A stretch of 63,877 nucleotides of DNA, counting the filler, from Octopus bimaculoides (taxonomy: Eukaryota), in NCBI RefSeq assembly GCF_001194135.2. It is 4 parts of 4 records of this genome, joined end to end, with 100 filler letters (N's around TTAATTAATTAA, not from the genome) between each part and the next. Parts side by side here need not be neighbours in the genome. Positions count along the whole stretch, not along the records: positions 1 to 21,861 come from NC_068994.1; 3 more parts are not named here. One strand, given 5' to 3'. The translations under genes and the position numbers were made by a program. Below, piece by piece: positions 1 through 12,600 of this stretch; within the stretch, counting starts at the first letter, position 1; each line of letters opens with the position of its first letter. The notes beneath the pieces were generated by a model, which did not search any database, had not been told where the DNA came from, and saw nothing but the letters and a program-made list of their open reading frames with translations.

Positions 1-395
1 AGAGATATTGTTTTGTGTATTTTTTACACATAGTTTTTCTGTATTCTGCTTTCCACCCTGCTCTTTTCCTGTGCGTCTATAGACGTGTACATGGAACCTT
101 TTGTGCGCACTTGTGGATGTACTCGTGTGCGCGGGTACGTGAGTATATAGACGTGTGTGCGTGCATGCGAGAATGTGCGCATAAAGACGCGTTTTAGCCC
201 TATAGCTTTTCCACACATTTTTACACTTTTTCGGTATTTTGCCTTTAGCCCTGTTGTTTCTTGGGCATGTGCGTATATAGACGTGTGGATGAACCTTTTT
301 GCGCGCGTGTATGTGTGTGCGAGCGTGTTGCGCGCGCGCGTGTGTGTGAGCGTGTATGCGGGTATATATATATATATAATGTTTTTAGCGTGTGT
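1..395. repeat. Degenerate tandem duplication, period ~197 bp
   Basis: TTTTTACAC at 21 and 218; TATAGACGTGT at 78 and 276, each followed by ATG.AACCTTTT.TGCGC; shared GTATT.TGC...CCCTG. Confidence 0.55.
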
Positions 396-621
396 GTGTT
401 TCAAGTGAGGGTGGATGAGGATATACATATAGGCGCATGTACGTGGGTGTGCGGGCGCGCATGTGTATGTATGGACTGCTGCGCTTACGGGAATACTATG
501 GACGTTTTACTCCCTTACCTTTACTCCCTCCCCTCACTTAACGGTAATTCTAATAGGTCTTTTGTCTTAATAACTGTCAACCACACAGCAATTTCCCTTT
601 GTTTAACGGTCATTTTCATAG

Positions 622-733
622 CATAAGAGATGGCGGCGTGGGTTTCCGCTCGGCATCCGAAACTCGGAGTTTTATCCACGCTCACGATCAGTTGCCATTT
701 TGTGGAATGCGTTGGCCATACGATTCTTAAAAG
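622..733 (+). other. Candidate first or early exon in a CpG-rich patch (unconfirmed)
   Basis: TTTTCATAG acceptor-like end at 621; GAGATGGCGGCG (ATG at 630, YY1-like); AAG/GTAAAC donor at 733/734; reads MAAWVSARHPKLGVLSTLTISCHFVECVGHTILK; no recognised homology. Confidence 0.28.
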
Positions 734-859
734 GTAAACAGTGTATCGTGCTCTATGTATATGTTGTTCACCACAAAAATAAAATGAAAAAGGTCACAGG
801 ATGTCATATACAGTTACCAGTAAATGTCCATAATATGGTGTAGAATTGTTAATCTGGAG

Positions 860-979
860 CAGGGATTCTCAAAGTGTGTTCTGCAAAACCCTAGGTTTCC
901 CTGAAAGTTATCAGAGGTTCCACGTTCTTAAAAAATAATGTCGAAGGATTCAGTGGCAAAAAAAGTTAGGGAACCATTG
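860..979. mobile_element. hAT (Charlie-like) MITE
   Basis: Ends CAGGGATTCTCAA / TTAGGGAACCATTG resemble CAGTGGTTCTCAA-type TIRs; 8-bp flanks ATCTGGAG / ATCTAGCA (5/8 match). Confidence 0.6.
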
Positions 980-989
980 ATCTAGCAAT

Positions 990-1390
990 TAACTAAATGT
1001 TTTTAGGCTTATTAAAATCATGCCTTTGTACGAATTCAGACAGTGGCGTTTACCAGTGTTCGACAATAGTGCTGTCTGTGAAACACGTTTCTCACGATGT
1101 AGACAACGAGTGTATGACGCATGTGTTTATTGTGCTTGAAGATGTATGCAGGTTTGCAGAATATCTTGTGCATACGTTTTAGTAATAGTGATGTTGCACC
1201 CATCAACAGATGTGTGGTGCTCGCTATTAAATGGCACTTTACTATAAGCACCGAGCATTCCATTATGAGCACCAAGCATTCCAACTATAGAGCAGGCTAC
1301 AGTGAGGTAGTCACACAATTTTCTAAGAGTGTTATTTCTACGTACATGATAATACGGTACCTTGATCCACAAATGTTGTCCTGTTGTTCG
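990..1390 (-). mobile_element. Highly degraded RTE-clade LINE, C-terminal region
   Basis: Minus-strand frames give, in RTE order, SLLYSWNAW (cf. LLYGxExW), YIVR (cf. GHVxR), LLSNTGKRH, YKGMILISLKTF. Confidence 0.35.
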
Positions 1391-2224
1391 TGAAATACTA
1401 GGGTCGACTTTTACTGAGATCGACTATTACTCGTGTATATACGGTATGTGTGTACATATATGTATGTATATATACATGTATGTATATATAAATATAAGTA
1501 TACATATATACATATATATNNNNNNNNNNNNNNNNNNNNNNNNNNNNNNNNNNNNNNNNNNNNNNNNNNNNNNNNNNNNNNNNNNNNNNNNNNNNNNNNN
1601 NNNNNNNNNNNNNNNNNNNNNNNNNNNNNNNNNNNNNNNNNNNNNNNNNNNNNNNNNNNNNNNNNNNNNNNNNNNNNNATATATACACATATATGTATTA
1701 TGCATATGAACACATGTATGTATGTGTTTACAAGTTATTGGTTTAATAAAGTGTGTACCAAATAGGAGTCGTAATTATGCAATGGCGTATATATTTCTTC
1801 ATGATTTTTTGATGGAGTATTCTTTTCAGATAATGTGTGTTTGTGTATATGCGTGTGTAAACGCCCGCGCGCGCGTGTGTTTTATCTCCTTAATATGCCA
1901 GCAAGCTTGTATCTTCTGGTCAGTCAAGCTGTAATTTGTTCCATCATCAAAATTACACATTTTCATTTCCGCTCATGTACTGTAATAGTTATTGATTCAT
2001 AGCTATATGAGTATATATAGTATTGTTTGGCTGTACTCTTGCATTAACGCATACATAGTTATTTATTCTTTCTCTGGTCTTGTTCATTGGATTGCTGCCA
2101 TACATACCTTCAACGATTCTTAGTCGATTATCTCAACCCATTACTTTGTCTGCTACTTCCTCGGAAGTACATTCTGTGTCATGCTGAATCTCTCTGAGAA
2201 CTTCGCTAAGAGCATGCGTGTCTG

Positions 2225-3125
2225 TGGAGTGCTAAGCCATTTGCAATTTCATGATCAGGAGGTTGTTCTGTTGATCGAATCACCTGGAGCCCTTGTCGTA
2301 ACCGACGGAATACCGTTACATGCATACGTACATACATACTCTTCCACATCATAAGCAGTTTTCCGAAAATGTCATCACGGTATTTACCGATGAGACATAA
2401 TGTTGTAGCTAGGACACTGTATGACGAGATCCGTCGAAAGGATAACCCCGAGGACAAACAAACAAGAACCCACAGTATGGTGGAAACCATAGTCACTCAT
2501 AATAGAAAGGAATACTGGTGGAATGTCCCAGTGAAACCTCAAAAAATGTAAACACAATATACCTGATATAATGAATTGGGACAGAGAAGAGAAACTTTGT
2601 ACAGCTGATGTTACCATAAAGCTGAAATGAAAAAGAGAATACCGACGCTGAACTATTGAAAAGTCTGAAGTTACTCACTCCAGATCACATGTTCAGGTTT
2701 ATACCTGTAATTATTGGGGTCTTGGGATATGTGACACACGGCCTAAATACCAATCTTGAGAAATTAGGATTCTCAAAACCACAAAGGAGAAAGCTGGTTC
2801 GAAGACTACAGATCCAAGCTGGAACTGTAAAAATCTATAAAACTTACCAGAAGTTAATCATTTAAATATATATGAGCATGTTTAGATATGTAACTATATG
2901 CATAAGACAAATATAAAACAAAACATACAAATTTGCACAAGCATTGACTCCAAAAACTGCACATATACATACATCTATGCGAAAATATCCCGTTGTTGAT
3001 GTTGAAATTTCAATGAAGGAGCCTTGGCTCTGGTTTAGAAACCGGCTCGTTCTCTATTGCAAGAAATCTTGAAATAAAGCTGAATAATAATTAATTAATT
3101 AATTAAATCTGAATAATAATTATAA
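2225..3125 (+). mobile_element. RLE-type (R4/Dong-like) non-LTR retrotransposon, 3' fragment with 3' UTR
   Basis: HIISS..KMSSRYLPMRHNVVARTLY, EYWWNVPVK, HNIPDIMNWDREEKLC (PD..D endonuclease), FIPVIIGVLGYV, RRLQIQAGTVKIYKT; stops and frameshifts; AATAAT-like tail. Confidence 0.85.
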
Positions 3126-3578
3126 ACTAGCAATAGTTTAATTGCTTGGATCGCTGATCGATTTTAATCCTTAAAATCTCATACCGTCAAACAGCACCTC
3201 CAACTTTTATCGTCTGAAATAACGCGCGCGGGCATGCAGCTACAACAACAATCATTAAATGCTAACTTAGTTTTCTTTTTGGTATCGTTCTCATTTGACC
3301 CCCCTCTCTCTCATTCGGCCAGTTACCCCCAAAAATATTTTTCCTATGTATATTACAATTTTCATATTCATCAGTTATAAATCTCCTCTCCTTTAATGAA
3401 TATCATAAATGCAGTTTCATATACATTTCGATACAGTTCTAGAAATTCTCTTTCAGGAGAAACTTTGATGTCACTACTATCTTTTCTAGACAAAAAATTT
3501 TGAATTCTATCACATGGTTTCAGTTCTTTTATCATTATTTTTCTAAGATAATAAAAATAATTCAACATTGGTATATAT

Positions 3579-3836
3579 CAGTGGTTCTCAACCACTGTTT
3601 TGCGTATGGACCATTTTGATTTTTATTTTACTTGGACTGGCTCTGATAGCCATTCGATCTTTAAATGATCCTATTATATTTTTGTAGTTAATTATTATTA
3701 GGAATTGCATAAAAAGATACTGTTAAATTATTTTGTGTATTGTAGAAGTATTAACCAATTTATTGCAAATCAATTTTAACAACAAAATCTTATATGGACC
3801 CTTAAATGTCATATGGACTTCATTTCAGAGCCACCG
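3579..3836. mobile_element. hAT MITE
   Basis: TIRs CAGTGGTTCTCAA / TTCAGAGCCACCG (10/13); 8-bp flanks GTATATAT / ATCTATAT (6/8); interior similar to 23340-23514. Confidence 0.7.
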
Positions 3837-3844
3837 ATCTATAT

Positions 3845-4050
3845 CATCAACCAGGTGCCCTCGCTGTTTACTGGAATCAGCTTACCAAAACTCTTCAGTT
3901 CCATTTGCTTCTTGCTGCCTATGTACAAACAGCCAGATTTTTCTTTCCACTTCATTTTTTGTTGTCGTCAGTCCACAAACGTCTTTGACGGCGTCTTTTT
4001 TCTCTTCCCCTCCACACTTCCTGCCAGGATGATTTCGGGCAATGACTTAG
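3845..4050 (-). mobile_element. RTE-clade LINE extreme 3' end
   Basis: KSLPEIILAGSVEGKRKK..KTFV, then DDNKK*SGKKNLAVCT*AARSKW, resembling the RTE C-terminus; TGATGA-like tail. Confidence 0.55.
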
Positions 4051-4841
4051 GTATACATATATACTGTATATATATGTATGTGTGTCTGTGTGTGTGTCTG
4101 TGTGTGTGTGTATGTATGTGTGTGTGTACGTGCGTGCGTGCGTGTGTACGTGTGTGCCTGTGTATATGAACGTGTATATTGTTTATCAACTTAGTCAAAC
4201 CGCATCTCCTAAATGTCGAACATTAAATAAGACACTTAAGAGACGTTGTCGGATGTTTGACATTTGAATTACAAGAAATAATTAGAAGAAATAATTGTAT
4301 TGTTATTATTCGAAAACTAAAGATAACAGAAGTATTTATATTCACTTTCTAACATAACGTTTAATGTGAACAACAACAATATCAGAAACAATCATAATCA
4401 TACATCTTAGCGTGTAAACTCAAGTTTTACATGAGTAATACGGTAGGTACCAATATTTATGCTCGATAGTTCACATTTGTTCTCATGAATTCAATAGTTG
4501 GATTGCGAAACTTAAATCATTTCAAGTAACCGTTTGAAGTGATTCAAGACATTCAGGTATGGAGGTCACCATTCCGATTTTGATTTTACTATTTGCTGGT
4601 CCCGAATGAAAACATTAAGATTGTTGTTGATATTAAGCACATATGATACTTGGACAGAAGATTGAACAGGATACGTAAAGCAGATAGTTTTTTTGCTTTG
4701 TTTTGTAGAATGTATAAACATAGTTAATATTTAAAAGAAGTCGAAAAATATAAAATAATCTTCTGACAAGTGGAACCTGTGATATGGTTTCTAATTTCAT
4801 ATCTTTATATTTAAGCTCTGTGTTCCTTTGAGAAGAAATAA

Positions 4842-5763
4842 ACGAGGGGCACCCAATAGAAACCGAAATTTTAAAATACTATTTTATTCACTTAGTTTTA
4901 CATTTTAAACTTTTATAGCCCTGAAAGTATTCTCCATTTGAAGCAATGCTTTGGTCCAGACGCGTCTTCCACTGCTCGAAGCAGTCCTGGAACTCTTGCG
5001 AAGTGATGCCTTTTTAACGCTTCCGTCGTATTTTCTTCACTATTCCAAATCTGCACAACGTTTTCCTTTGAGGACTTTTTTCATTCGGGGGAACAAAAAA
5101 TGTTACAGGGAGGAAGAACAACTTCCAGCTGTTCTTTCAGTGCACGACACGCATTCCGTCGTGACTGTTTTTGATTTTCCGTGAGCAAGTGAGGCACAAA
5201 TTTTGCTGCAACTCATTTCATTCGCAATTCCTCGCTCAAAATTCGTTGGAAGGAGATCTAGAACACAGCTATCATATCAACAAGTTCGTCAATTGTTCGA
5301 CGACTGTCCTCCAAGATCAGTTCATGAATTTTCGTGATGTTTTCATTCGTCCAGGAGGTCGACGGTCGCGCTGAACGAGGTTGGTCTTGAAGCGACAAGT
5401 GACTATTCCAAAAGCGTAGAAACCACTCGTAAGCTTGTGTTTTCCTCATGGCAGCGTTCTTCTAAGCTATCTGAAACAAGACAACTATTTCGGCCGCCAT
5501 TTTCCCCAGCAGAAAATATAATTTCACGGAACCATGCTATCACTTCGTTTCAGCCATCGCAAAAATCAGCAAACAGGGGTGAAACACCTCAAAACAAAGA
5601 CGCACAACGTGGCAGTAGGACTTTACTCGACAACGCCGGTTGGGCAGACTGATGCCTGAGGGTCGCATCAAGTAACTTCTTGAAGCAGAAGCCTAAACTA
5701 CGACGGATTTGTCCCACAGAAAACGTTTCAGGTTACCTTCTCGGTACCTTCCCCTTTAACGTA
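4842..5763 (-). mobile_element. Internally deleted mariner transposon
   Basis: KTQAYEWFLRF..DQPRSARPST..TIDELVD, AAKFVPHLLT, FPRMKKVLKGKR, EFQDCFEQWKTRLDQSIASNGEYF; degenerate ACGAGGGG-type TIRs; same family as 16876-17715. Confidence 0.9.
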
Positions 5764-6164
5764 AGTTATTAAATAATATAACATCCTTTGTTTGAAACTN
5801 NNNNNNNNNCAACAACTTCTGAAGTGATATTCTCTCATAATTCATCAAAAATGTTCTTATTTCAAAAGCGGGCATGTTATCTGCGTTGTGCTTCATTCAG
5901 TTCCAGAGATAAATGTTCAATAACAGAAACGCATAATATTTGTTCTCTGAAAAAGAAAATCGGCTGCAGCCTGCATATCCACTTACCAAATGACATTGTA
6001 ATTATGATGGAATGTATAATGCCAGGTCTTCTACTCTTTTTTTTTTCAAATTGAAGTGGATTTCGATAGGTGAAAAACGATATTAAAGACAATTTAGAAG
6101 GGAATGTTTTTGCACTGCATCGTAGGTGATAGGATGAATTTCACCCGCAAATTTTAGTTGACTT

Positions 6165-6262
6165 AAGACTGAAGTAGGAGACATTGTCTAAAGTACCACG
6201 CAGTGAGACCGAACTATATAGTTACGAAGTGATTTTCTTAACCACACAATCATACTTCTGCC
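6165..6262 (-). mobile_element. SINE family A, 5' (tRNA-like) fragment
   Basis: Reverse complement matches the head of the copy at 32157 (TGTGTGGTTAAGAA...CACTGCGTGGTAC). Confidence 0.6.
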
Positions 6263-6369
6263 GATATAGCATCTTCCAGTTTCTTTATATTTATTTAAAA
6301 AAATAAAAACGAAGAAACTGGAAGATGCTACTGGAAGATGCTATATAGGCAGAAGTATGATTGTGTGGT
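6241..6369. repeat. Fold-back inverted repeat with 13-nt internal duplication
   Basis: 6241-6285 is the reverse complement of 6312-6369 with one mismatch, apart from an extra CTGGAAGATGCTA (6331-6343); 26-nt AT spacer. Confidence 0.9.
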
Positions 6370-6971
6370 GCAGCTGAGTCGAGAGCTAGAAAAACAATGT
6401 TGGTAAAATATAACTTATGAAAGACATCAATGCAAGGGTTTAAGAGCGAATAAACATTGTACGAAAGATTGATATGATCAAATATTATTCTTTTTTCATC
6501 GAGATGTGAAGAATATTTTAGTATGTAAAATAAGAGAAAAATATAAACTGAAATAGGAATAAAATGTAACTAATTAAAATGAACTAAAACGAAATAGAGA
6601 ACAAATTTGGAAATAAACTAAAAGAAAATTATAGTTCAATCTAACTCATGCTGAAGATATACAACAGAGAGACAGTTTTGTTTTAGGATAGGAAACTAGT
6701 AGGAAGTAATAAGTGTCAACACTTATAAACAATATATGATCCTGAGTCACTTTAAACAACAATTTTAGACAAAAGTAAAAAGAAACGAAGTAATTTTAAT
6801 ATGCTTTCTTCCCTTATATGTAAAATGGATAAAAAATATAAAAATAATATATTAACGACGATTTCTAACAAAAGCACAAGGTCACAACCTATTAATCCTA
6901 TATTGACTGACAATGTATCGTCAACTCCTGAATACCTTTGAGGTAACGAATCTGCCATACCCTACACGCTA

Positions 6972-7079
<108 letters not shown>

Positions 7080-7084
7080 TAGCA

Positions 7085-7520
7085 GAAGTAGCTTCTTTTA
7101 TTAGCCACAGAGGCATAGATAAGGGGGACATCACAGGGACAACTAATAATTTATATGGGGATTTACAGAAAGAATGGGAATAAAAATGGGAAAGGCAGTG
7201 AAGCGCGATAGGATACAAAGTATGTGATAACAGGAATGATGCGCTCTTCCTGATACAGAAGAAACTACAAACAGGGCCAGTCAAGGAACCCTACAGATCC
7301 GGGATTACCCTGACCACCAATGATGTGAGCCCTCTCTCCTACTCTCCAATCTTCAGGTGCCTATACAGAGCAGGGCCATTCACTAACCATTTTTGACATG
7401 ATCACCCATCTTTTCCCAAATTCACTGGGAGGTAGCACTTCCCTCTCTACTTTCCCTTTTCTTTCCAAGTGGAAATTAAAAAAGTTGATTTGAGCTTGAC
7501 CGAAGAAAGTGTACAACTGG
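7085..7520 (-). mobile_element. Probable Tx1/L1-like LINE 3' end
   Basis: Minus frame FGQAQINFFNFHLERKGKVEREVLPPSEFGKRWV, then a UTR with AATAAA (7097-7102) running into the simple repeat; family call is from recalled similarity only. Confidence 0.45.
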
Positions 7521-7979
7521 GAGAGAAATTTCCAATTTCTCGGTAGTAGATTTCTAAAACTGAGCCTTAGATGAGTTTGTTAAACATTCACGACTTGCGA
7601 CAGGTATTGTTCTAACAAGAACAGTTTCTGCGATCACTTGTTTCTAGAATTGCGTTTCTCTTTTTCCTTGATTATTGAGTTCTTTTGCTCATAAAAGTTC
7701 ACAAATAACGTTACGACTACATGCGTAATATTTAAATACTATGCCTTGCATTACCAGTCTTATGGCCTTTCCTTCAGCAGCTTCGATTGTAGTTTCTGTC
7801 GGTTATTAAGAATTGCAAGTCCGTTCAGAACTTAACCCTATCATATGTCGTTCCTGGTTACGTCGGTGCTAAGCACCATTGCTTACTGATCCACAAGATG
7901 ACCACGATCCAAGGTTCAATATCATTGTCAACGTCCTGCGTATACCACCACCACCAACAACAACAACAGAAACAATAAT

Positions 7980-8196
7980 AATATTGATTTCAAATTTTGG
8001 TACGGGCCAGCGATTTCGGGGGACAAGGTAAGTCGATTACATCGACTCAGGTACTCAACTGGTATTATTTTATCGACTTCGAAAGCATGAATGGCAAAGT
8101 CAACCTCGGCAGAATTCGGACTCGGAATGTCAAGACGGATGAGACGTCGTTAAGCACTTCGTCCGGCGTGCTAACGATTTTGCCAGTTCACCCCCT
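7980..8196 (-). mobile_element. SINE family B (tRNA-derived)
   Basis: Reverse complement matches 30517-30733: GGCAAAATCGTTAGCACGCCGG head, GTTGACTTTGCCATTCATGCTTTCG core. Confidence 0.8.
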
Positions 8197-8399
8197 TAGC
8201 AATAACAATAATATTAATGATAATAATTATTTGTTGTTGCTTCAATGGCGTCGTTTGTTTGGATATTTGAGAGAAAAGTTGGACAAAGTATGACAAAAAC
8301 CAACAATATACACAGCCTATGCTGTGTATTTGATCTCGGAACCCCACAGATATAGAATTACTTTAACTACAAAGGTTAAGTGTCCTCTTCCGACTATGT

Positions 8400-8690
8400 T
8401 CTCTGACACACGGGCCCATTATAAATGTAAATTCATTCATCCGGACGATGACAGCACGGAAGTTCTATCGGTCGCATTTCCTGAATGGTTGAAAACTGAG
8501 GCCATTTGGAAGAATTTCATATACTACTCATCATGGACTTGCTTCTCCATGTTTTAAAGTTCAAGCCCACAGAGTTTTCCATGTTTATATTTCCACGTTT
8601 ATATCTTGGATGGTGTGGACCATTTCGACTTCCGCATCCTCCGACGCAATTACATTGACTAACAGGTCGCAAAGAGATGTTTTGAAGTTG
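8400..8690 (-). mobile_element. Possible degraded RTE 3' region
   Basis: GSRNGPHHPRYKRGNINMEN..LNFKTWRS loosely resembles the RTE G.R..GRP..RYK..NIN..W..WR motif. Confidence 0.3.
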
Positions 8691-9496
8691 TGGCATATAT
8701 ATGACTAATAAAAGCGATAAATAAAGTGAATAACAATAAGTTAATTGTAATTGGAATAGCAAGAGTAAGAACTATTATATATAAAACTAGATTTATGTTG
8801 AAAACAGAGTCAGTATAGCAGATGTTAATAGATAAACTTAGCGAGAAGCTTGACAATAGCATAAAGTTAAATGAAATAAAATTAAACTGAGTACAGATGT
8901 AACACAATGAAAACAGCTAAAATAATTGTAGCAACACACACTTGCACACATGTTGCACTTTTATGTGCGTATATGTATTGCTCTTCTCTCTGTTCACCTT
9001 CTTTCTAAATTTGCATATTTTATCATCAGTTTAAGACATGATTAGCTTAAATATAATAGTAACAGTATATTAAATACTTAACCACCAAAACTGTTAGGAA
9101 GCCTGCTCGCACGCGTAATGTGATTCACCATAGCAACGAACGAATCAGTGAATTTGTATAACATTGACATTGAGTGTAAATGATAGTATAACAATGTCGT
9201 TCTGTAAATAATTGGAGTAAAAGAAAGGAGGGTGAATGAAAGACGATTTTATTTAATCATTAATCAGTAGAGGAATAGGTGCCGTTGGCCCTTACAGGTC
9301 ATCTAAGACCATGTTACCGGTTGATGTTTATCTCGAAACTTAGTCAATAGAGAAAAAGCAAGGTTTACACCCCTGAAAAGGAATGACTGAAAGTGGTGTC
9401 TCACGTGGCTTTGGGGAATGACATAAAATGGTGGTGATGCAAGAAGAGGTGGGTGGGTCAGTTGGACCATAATGAAACAGATGATGTTGAAGAAGC

Positions 9497-9571
<75 letters not shown>

Positions 9572-9574
9572 GAA

Positions 9575-9625
<51 letters not shown>
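9497..9625. repeat. (GA)n microsatellite
   Basis: Direct reading. Confidence 0.95.
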
Positions 9626-9629
<4 letters not shown>

Positions 9630-12600
9630 TGAGAAAGTCTATGCTTATTGAATCGTTGTCAATCAATCGCATGTCCCTCTTTTAGACATCAGTGTCATCA
9701 CATAAATGTGAGCAATACTTGAGGGAAGGTGACACTTGAGCTGCCTAGGAGATCTGAAACCAATAAAGGCTGAAATATTTTTTTACAAAGAGAAAGTCTT
9801 GTCTTTGTGATACAGTTTTAACAATGTCATATGACACACTCTAACAAATCAGCCAGCTGTGGCCCCAAACGTTGAAAAATAAAAAGTACATTAGATAATG
9901 TAATATATTATTCAAGACAAAATAGACGAGACGATCCTGTTTTTAATGTCTTTGGTCGTAAGTTGAACTCAATCATACCAGCCTGGAGCTAAGAACAACA
10001 ACCACTGGCCAATACTAGATAACTAAATAATTGCTTTATGAGTCAATGTTTTTTTCTTTTTTTCCGCATATTTTAAAGACAATAGCTCTAATGTATATTT
10101 CTGTTTGTTTGCCAAAGCTGCTATTTTGCTTTAGAACACTTACATATTGTATGTAACAGGTCACTTACAGAGCAACGACCTAACTTTGCACGAAATTAGC
10201 GAAGCAACATTAAAATAATCGAATCATTATATTTTATAGTTATTCAACTTTCCTATTAACAATACAATTACCATAAAGAGTCATTTTTAAAATATAGCTT
10301 GATGTTTAGTACACTCTATTAACGTATTTAAAGTTGGTTGTGAATAATTCATAATCATAAAGGGAATGTGTGTGTATGTGTATGTGTGTGTGTGTGTGTG
10401 CAAGGATAGAAAGGAAGAGAGAGCGTGTATGAAAAAGAGCTTATGAATGAAAGTGAGTGAAATAAAGGAAAGATGACAGTTAGCTGGTACGTGCACACTT
10501 ATGTGTTTGTGTAAATGTATGTGTATGTGTGTGTGTGTGCGCGCGCGCATGTGTGAGAGAGAGAGAGTGTGTGAGAAAGAGGAAGAAAGAGAGAAAGCGT
10601 CTAAAAAAAGGCAACGAATGAAAAAGATGAGATGAGAAATATCGAGGGAAAGTGAGAAAAGTTAAAGCATTGAGGGAAAGTGCATTCGAGATATGAGATA
10701 GCTTCTGAGAGATGTAGAAGACATAATCAAAGAGAAGACTGAGACTGGAACAGCTTCCACAAGAAATGTTTATAAGCGAGAAATCTTGAAATTCCTGTAT
10801 ATCTTCAATGTGTTTTGCCATTTCATTTGAAATCAGTTTTGTCCCATTTCATTCCCTTCCTGTCTTTTATACTATCATTCTAAAATATATTGTTTTCAGC
10901 AAGCATTTTCATTTCCTTCTCTTTGCTAAAGTTAGAATTAATTACATTTAAGGCTGGGGATAGTTTATTTTGGTTAGTAATTAATCAAACCAAACAAAAT
11001 GAAAATAAAAATAACATAACAAAATACTATCAAAATATATAATTTTTTTTCTAAAGAATTTTAAATGTATCTAGATATTTAGAAACTGGGCATTTGTTAA
11101 GAAATGATAGTGCAAAGCACTTTCAGTAGAAATTTCTTTTTGTTATAAATTTATTGAACTTATCTCTCTGTGACAACAAGGGAACAGGAATAACATGAAT
11201 GGATGTTTTTTAATCCAAGAACTAACAGTATCTCGAGGTAACATAATTAGAACATTGGAAAATGTAAAATACAGTTACCTAGCGTTTTAATGTATGACTT
11301 TGATGTTACTTCCATCGAAAAAAAATGTATTTGAAAAACATTTTTTTTTTTACTAATAAATACACACAGTTTTACATAGATGAGGTTAATGGCTCGAAAA
11401 ATATAATTTAACATGCAAATTATTTGATACCTCCAAACAAATTTTATCTAAGAAAAATGCGAAATGTTATATTTACACTAAAGATGAATTTTTAGTCTAA
11501 TTCTTATTTTCCTTACATTCAATAGGTCAGATGCTTCCATTTTGTGTCATTTTTACTAAGGGTTTCCACCTCAAAGTGCTTTTCAATCCAAGTGACTGAT
11601 AGTCCAGTGGTGTTATTCGTTATATTTTGGGACTATTTGGAGTCAAACTTATTTGATATTTTTCTATTAGTAATTCGGAGCCATTTCTACGAGTAACACG
11701 TGTCTGGAGTCCATCGTTAACGAAAAAGTAATCAACATCCTCATGATCGAAATTCCTGAAGAAAACCTACTATCAACACCATATCAAAAAAATAAAAATT
11801 CCTTTGATCTATGACTTGCAATTTTTTGACCTACATAAAATATATTAATTTACAAAAGAACATTTCGATGAGCGAGACAAGTACATTACAATTAAACAGA
11901 TTTAGCAGAATAATGTTTGGATTAGCAGGGTTTAAACTAGGATTCCATATTTACATGAGGATTCTTCCGTAACTGTTTCGACAACCACCGCTCTATGCTT
12001 CATTGAGAATGGTCGTAATAAAAGCGAAACACATTTAGACATGCATCACAATTTTTAATCAGGTATCGAAGTTGAACGTTAGAATCATAAAAAAACTCTC
12101 CATTTTCAGAGAGATCGATGAAGTAACTATCAAATTAATTATATAACATTAGTTTCTTGGCTATTGTGCGTCACTGCACATTTTTCTCTTTAATTTTATG
12201 AAGAAAATCTAAACAACTAAATCTCCAAAAAAGTGTAGTCACATGATTCAGTCAGCTATCGGACAAATTCCTTTCAATAGCTAGACATGGTGTAGAGCCA
12301 AAGCAATCTGCAACAGTTAAGAATATATTAGAATATAGACAACGAAAAGATATTTTCTTTGTCTATATTAAAGTATAAATATTTTAACTATTATATAAAC
12401 TATCAGAAAAAGATTATCCATCATCACTAAATTCTTAATGAAAGAAAAAAAAATCTCCCCTCTCAAAACACAGCACAGGTGTTCAGGCCATATAGTGCAT
12501 ATTAATGTTGAATGACATAAAATCAATATAGTAGATTGGTTGAACTTGCAAATTTCAATTGTTGATAACAAAAGCAACAGAAACAACAGGATAATATAGA

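Noticed and set aside
622-1143. Ig-like two-exon model (WRRGFPL...LAIRFLK + DSGVYQC) joining 733 to an acceptor at 1040
   Set aside because: Phases match, but L.I-to-D spacing is two residues short. DSGVYQC is the antisense of TGKRH within a probable minus-strand RTE remnant, so coincidence is more likely
3011-3048. Hammerhead-like ATGAAGG...GAAACCGG in the RLE LINE 3' UTR
   Set aside because: Core has two mismatches and stem II does not close next to GAAA
3829-4050. Open 222-nt plus-strand exon (CAG/AG...TTAG/GT), and a 135-nt minus-strand alternative
   Set aside because: The acceptor lies inside a hAT TIR and the body is explained by an RTE 3' end on the minus strand
8324-8557. 77-aa plus-strand ORF
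   Set aside because: No recognisable domain, length within chance, and the opposite strand looks like a decayed RTE
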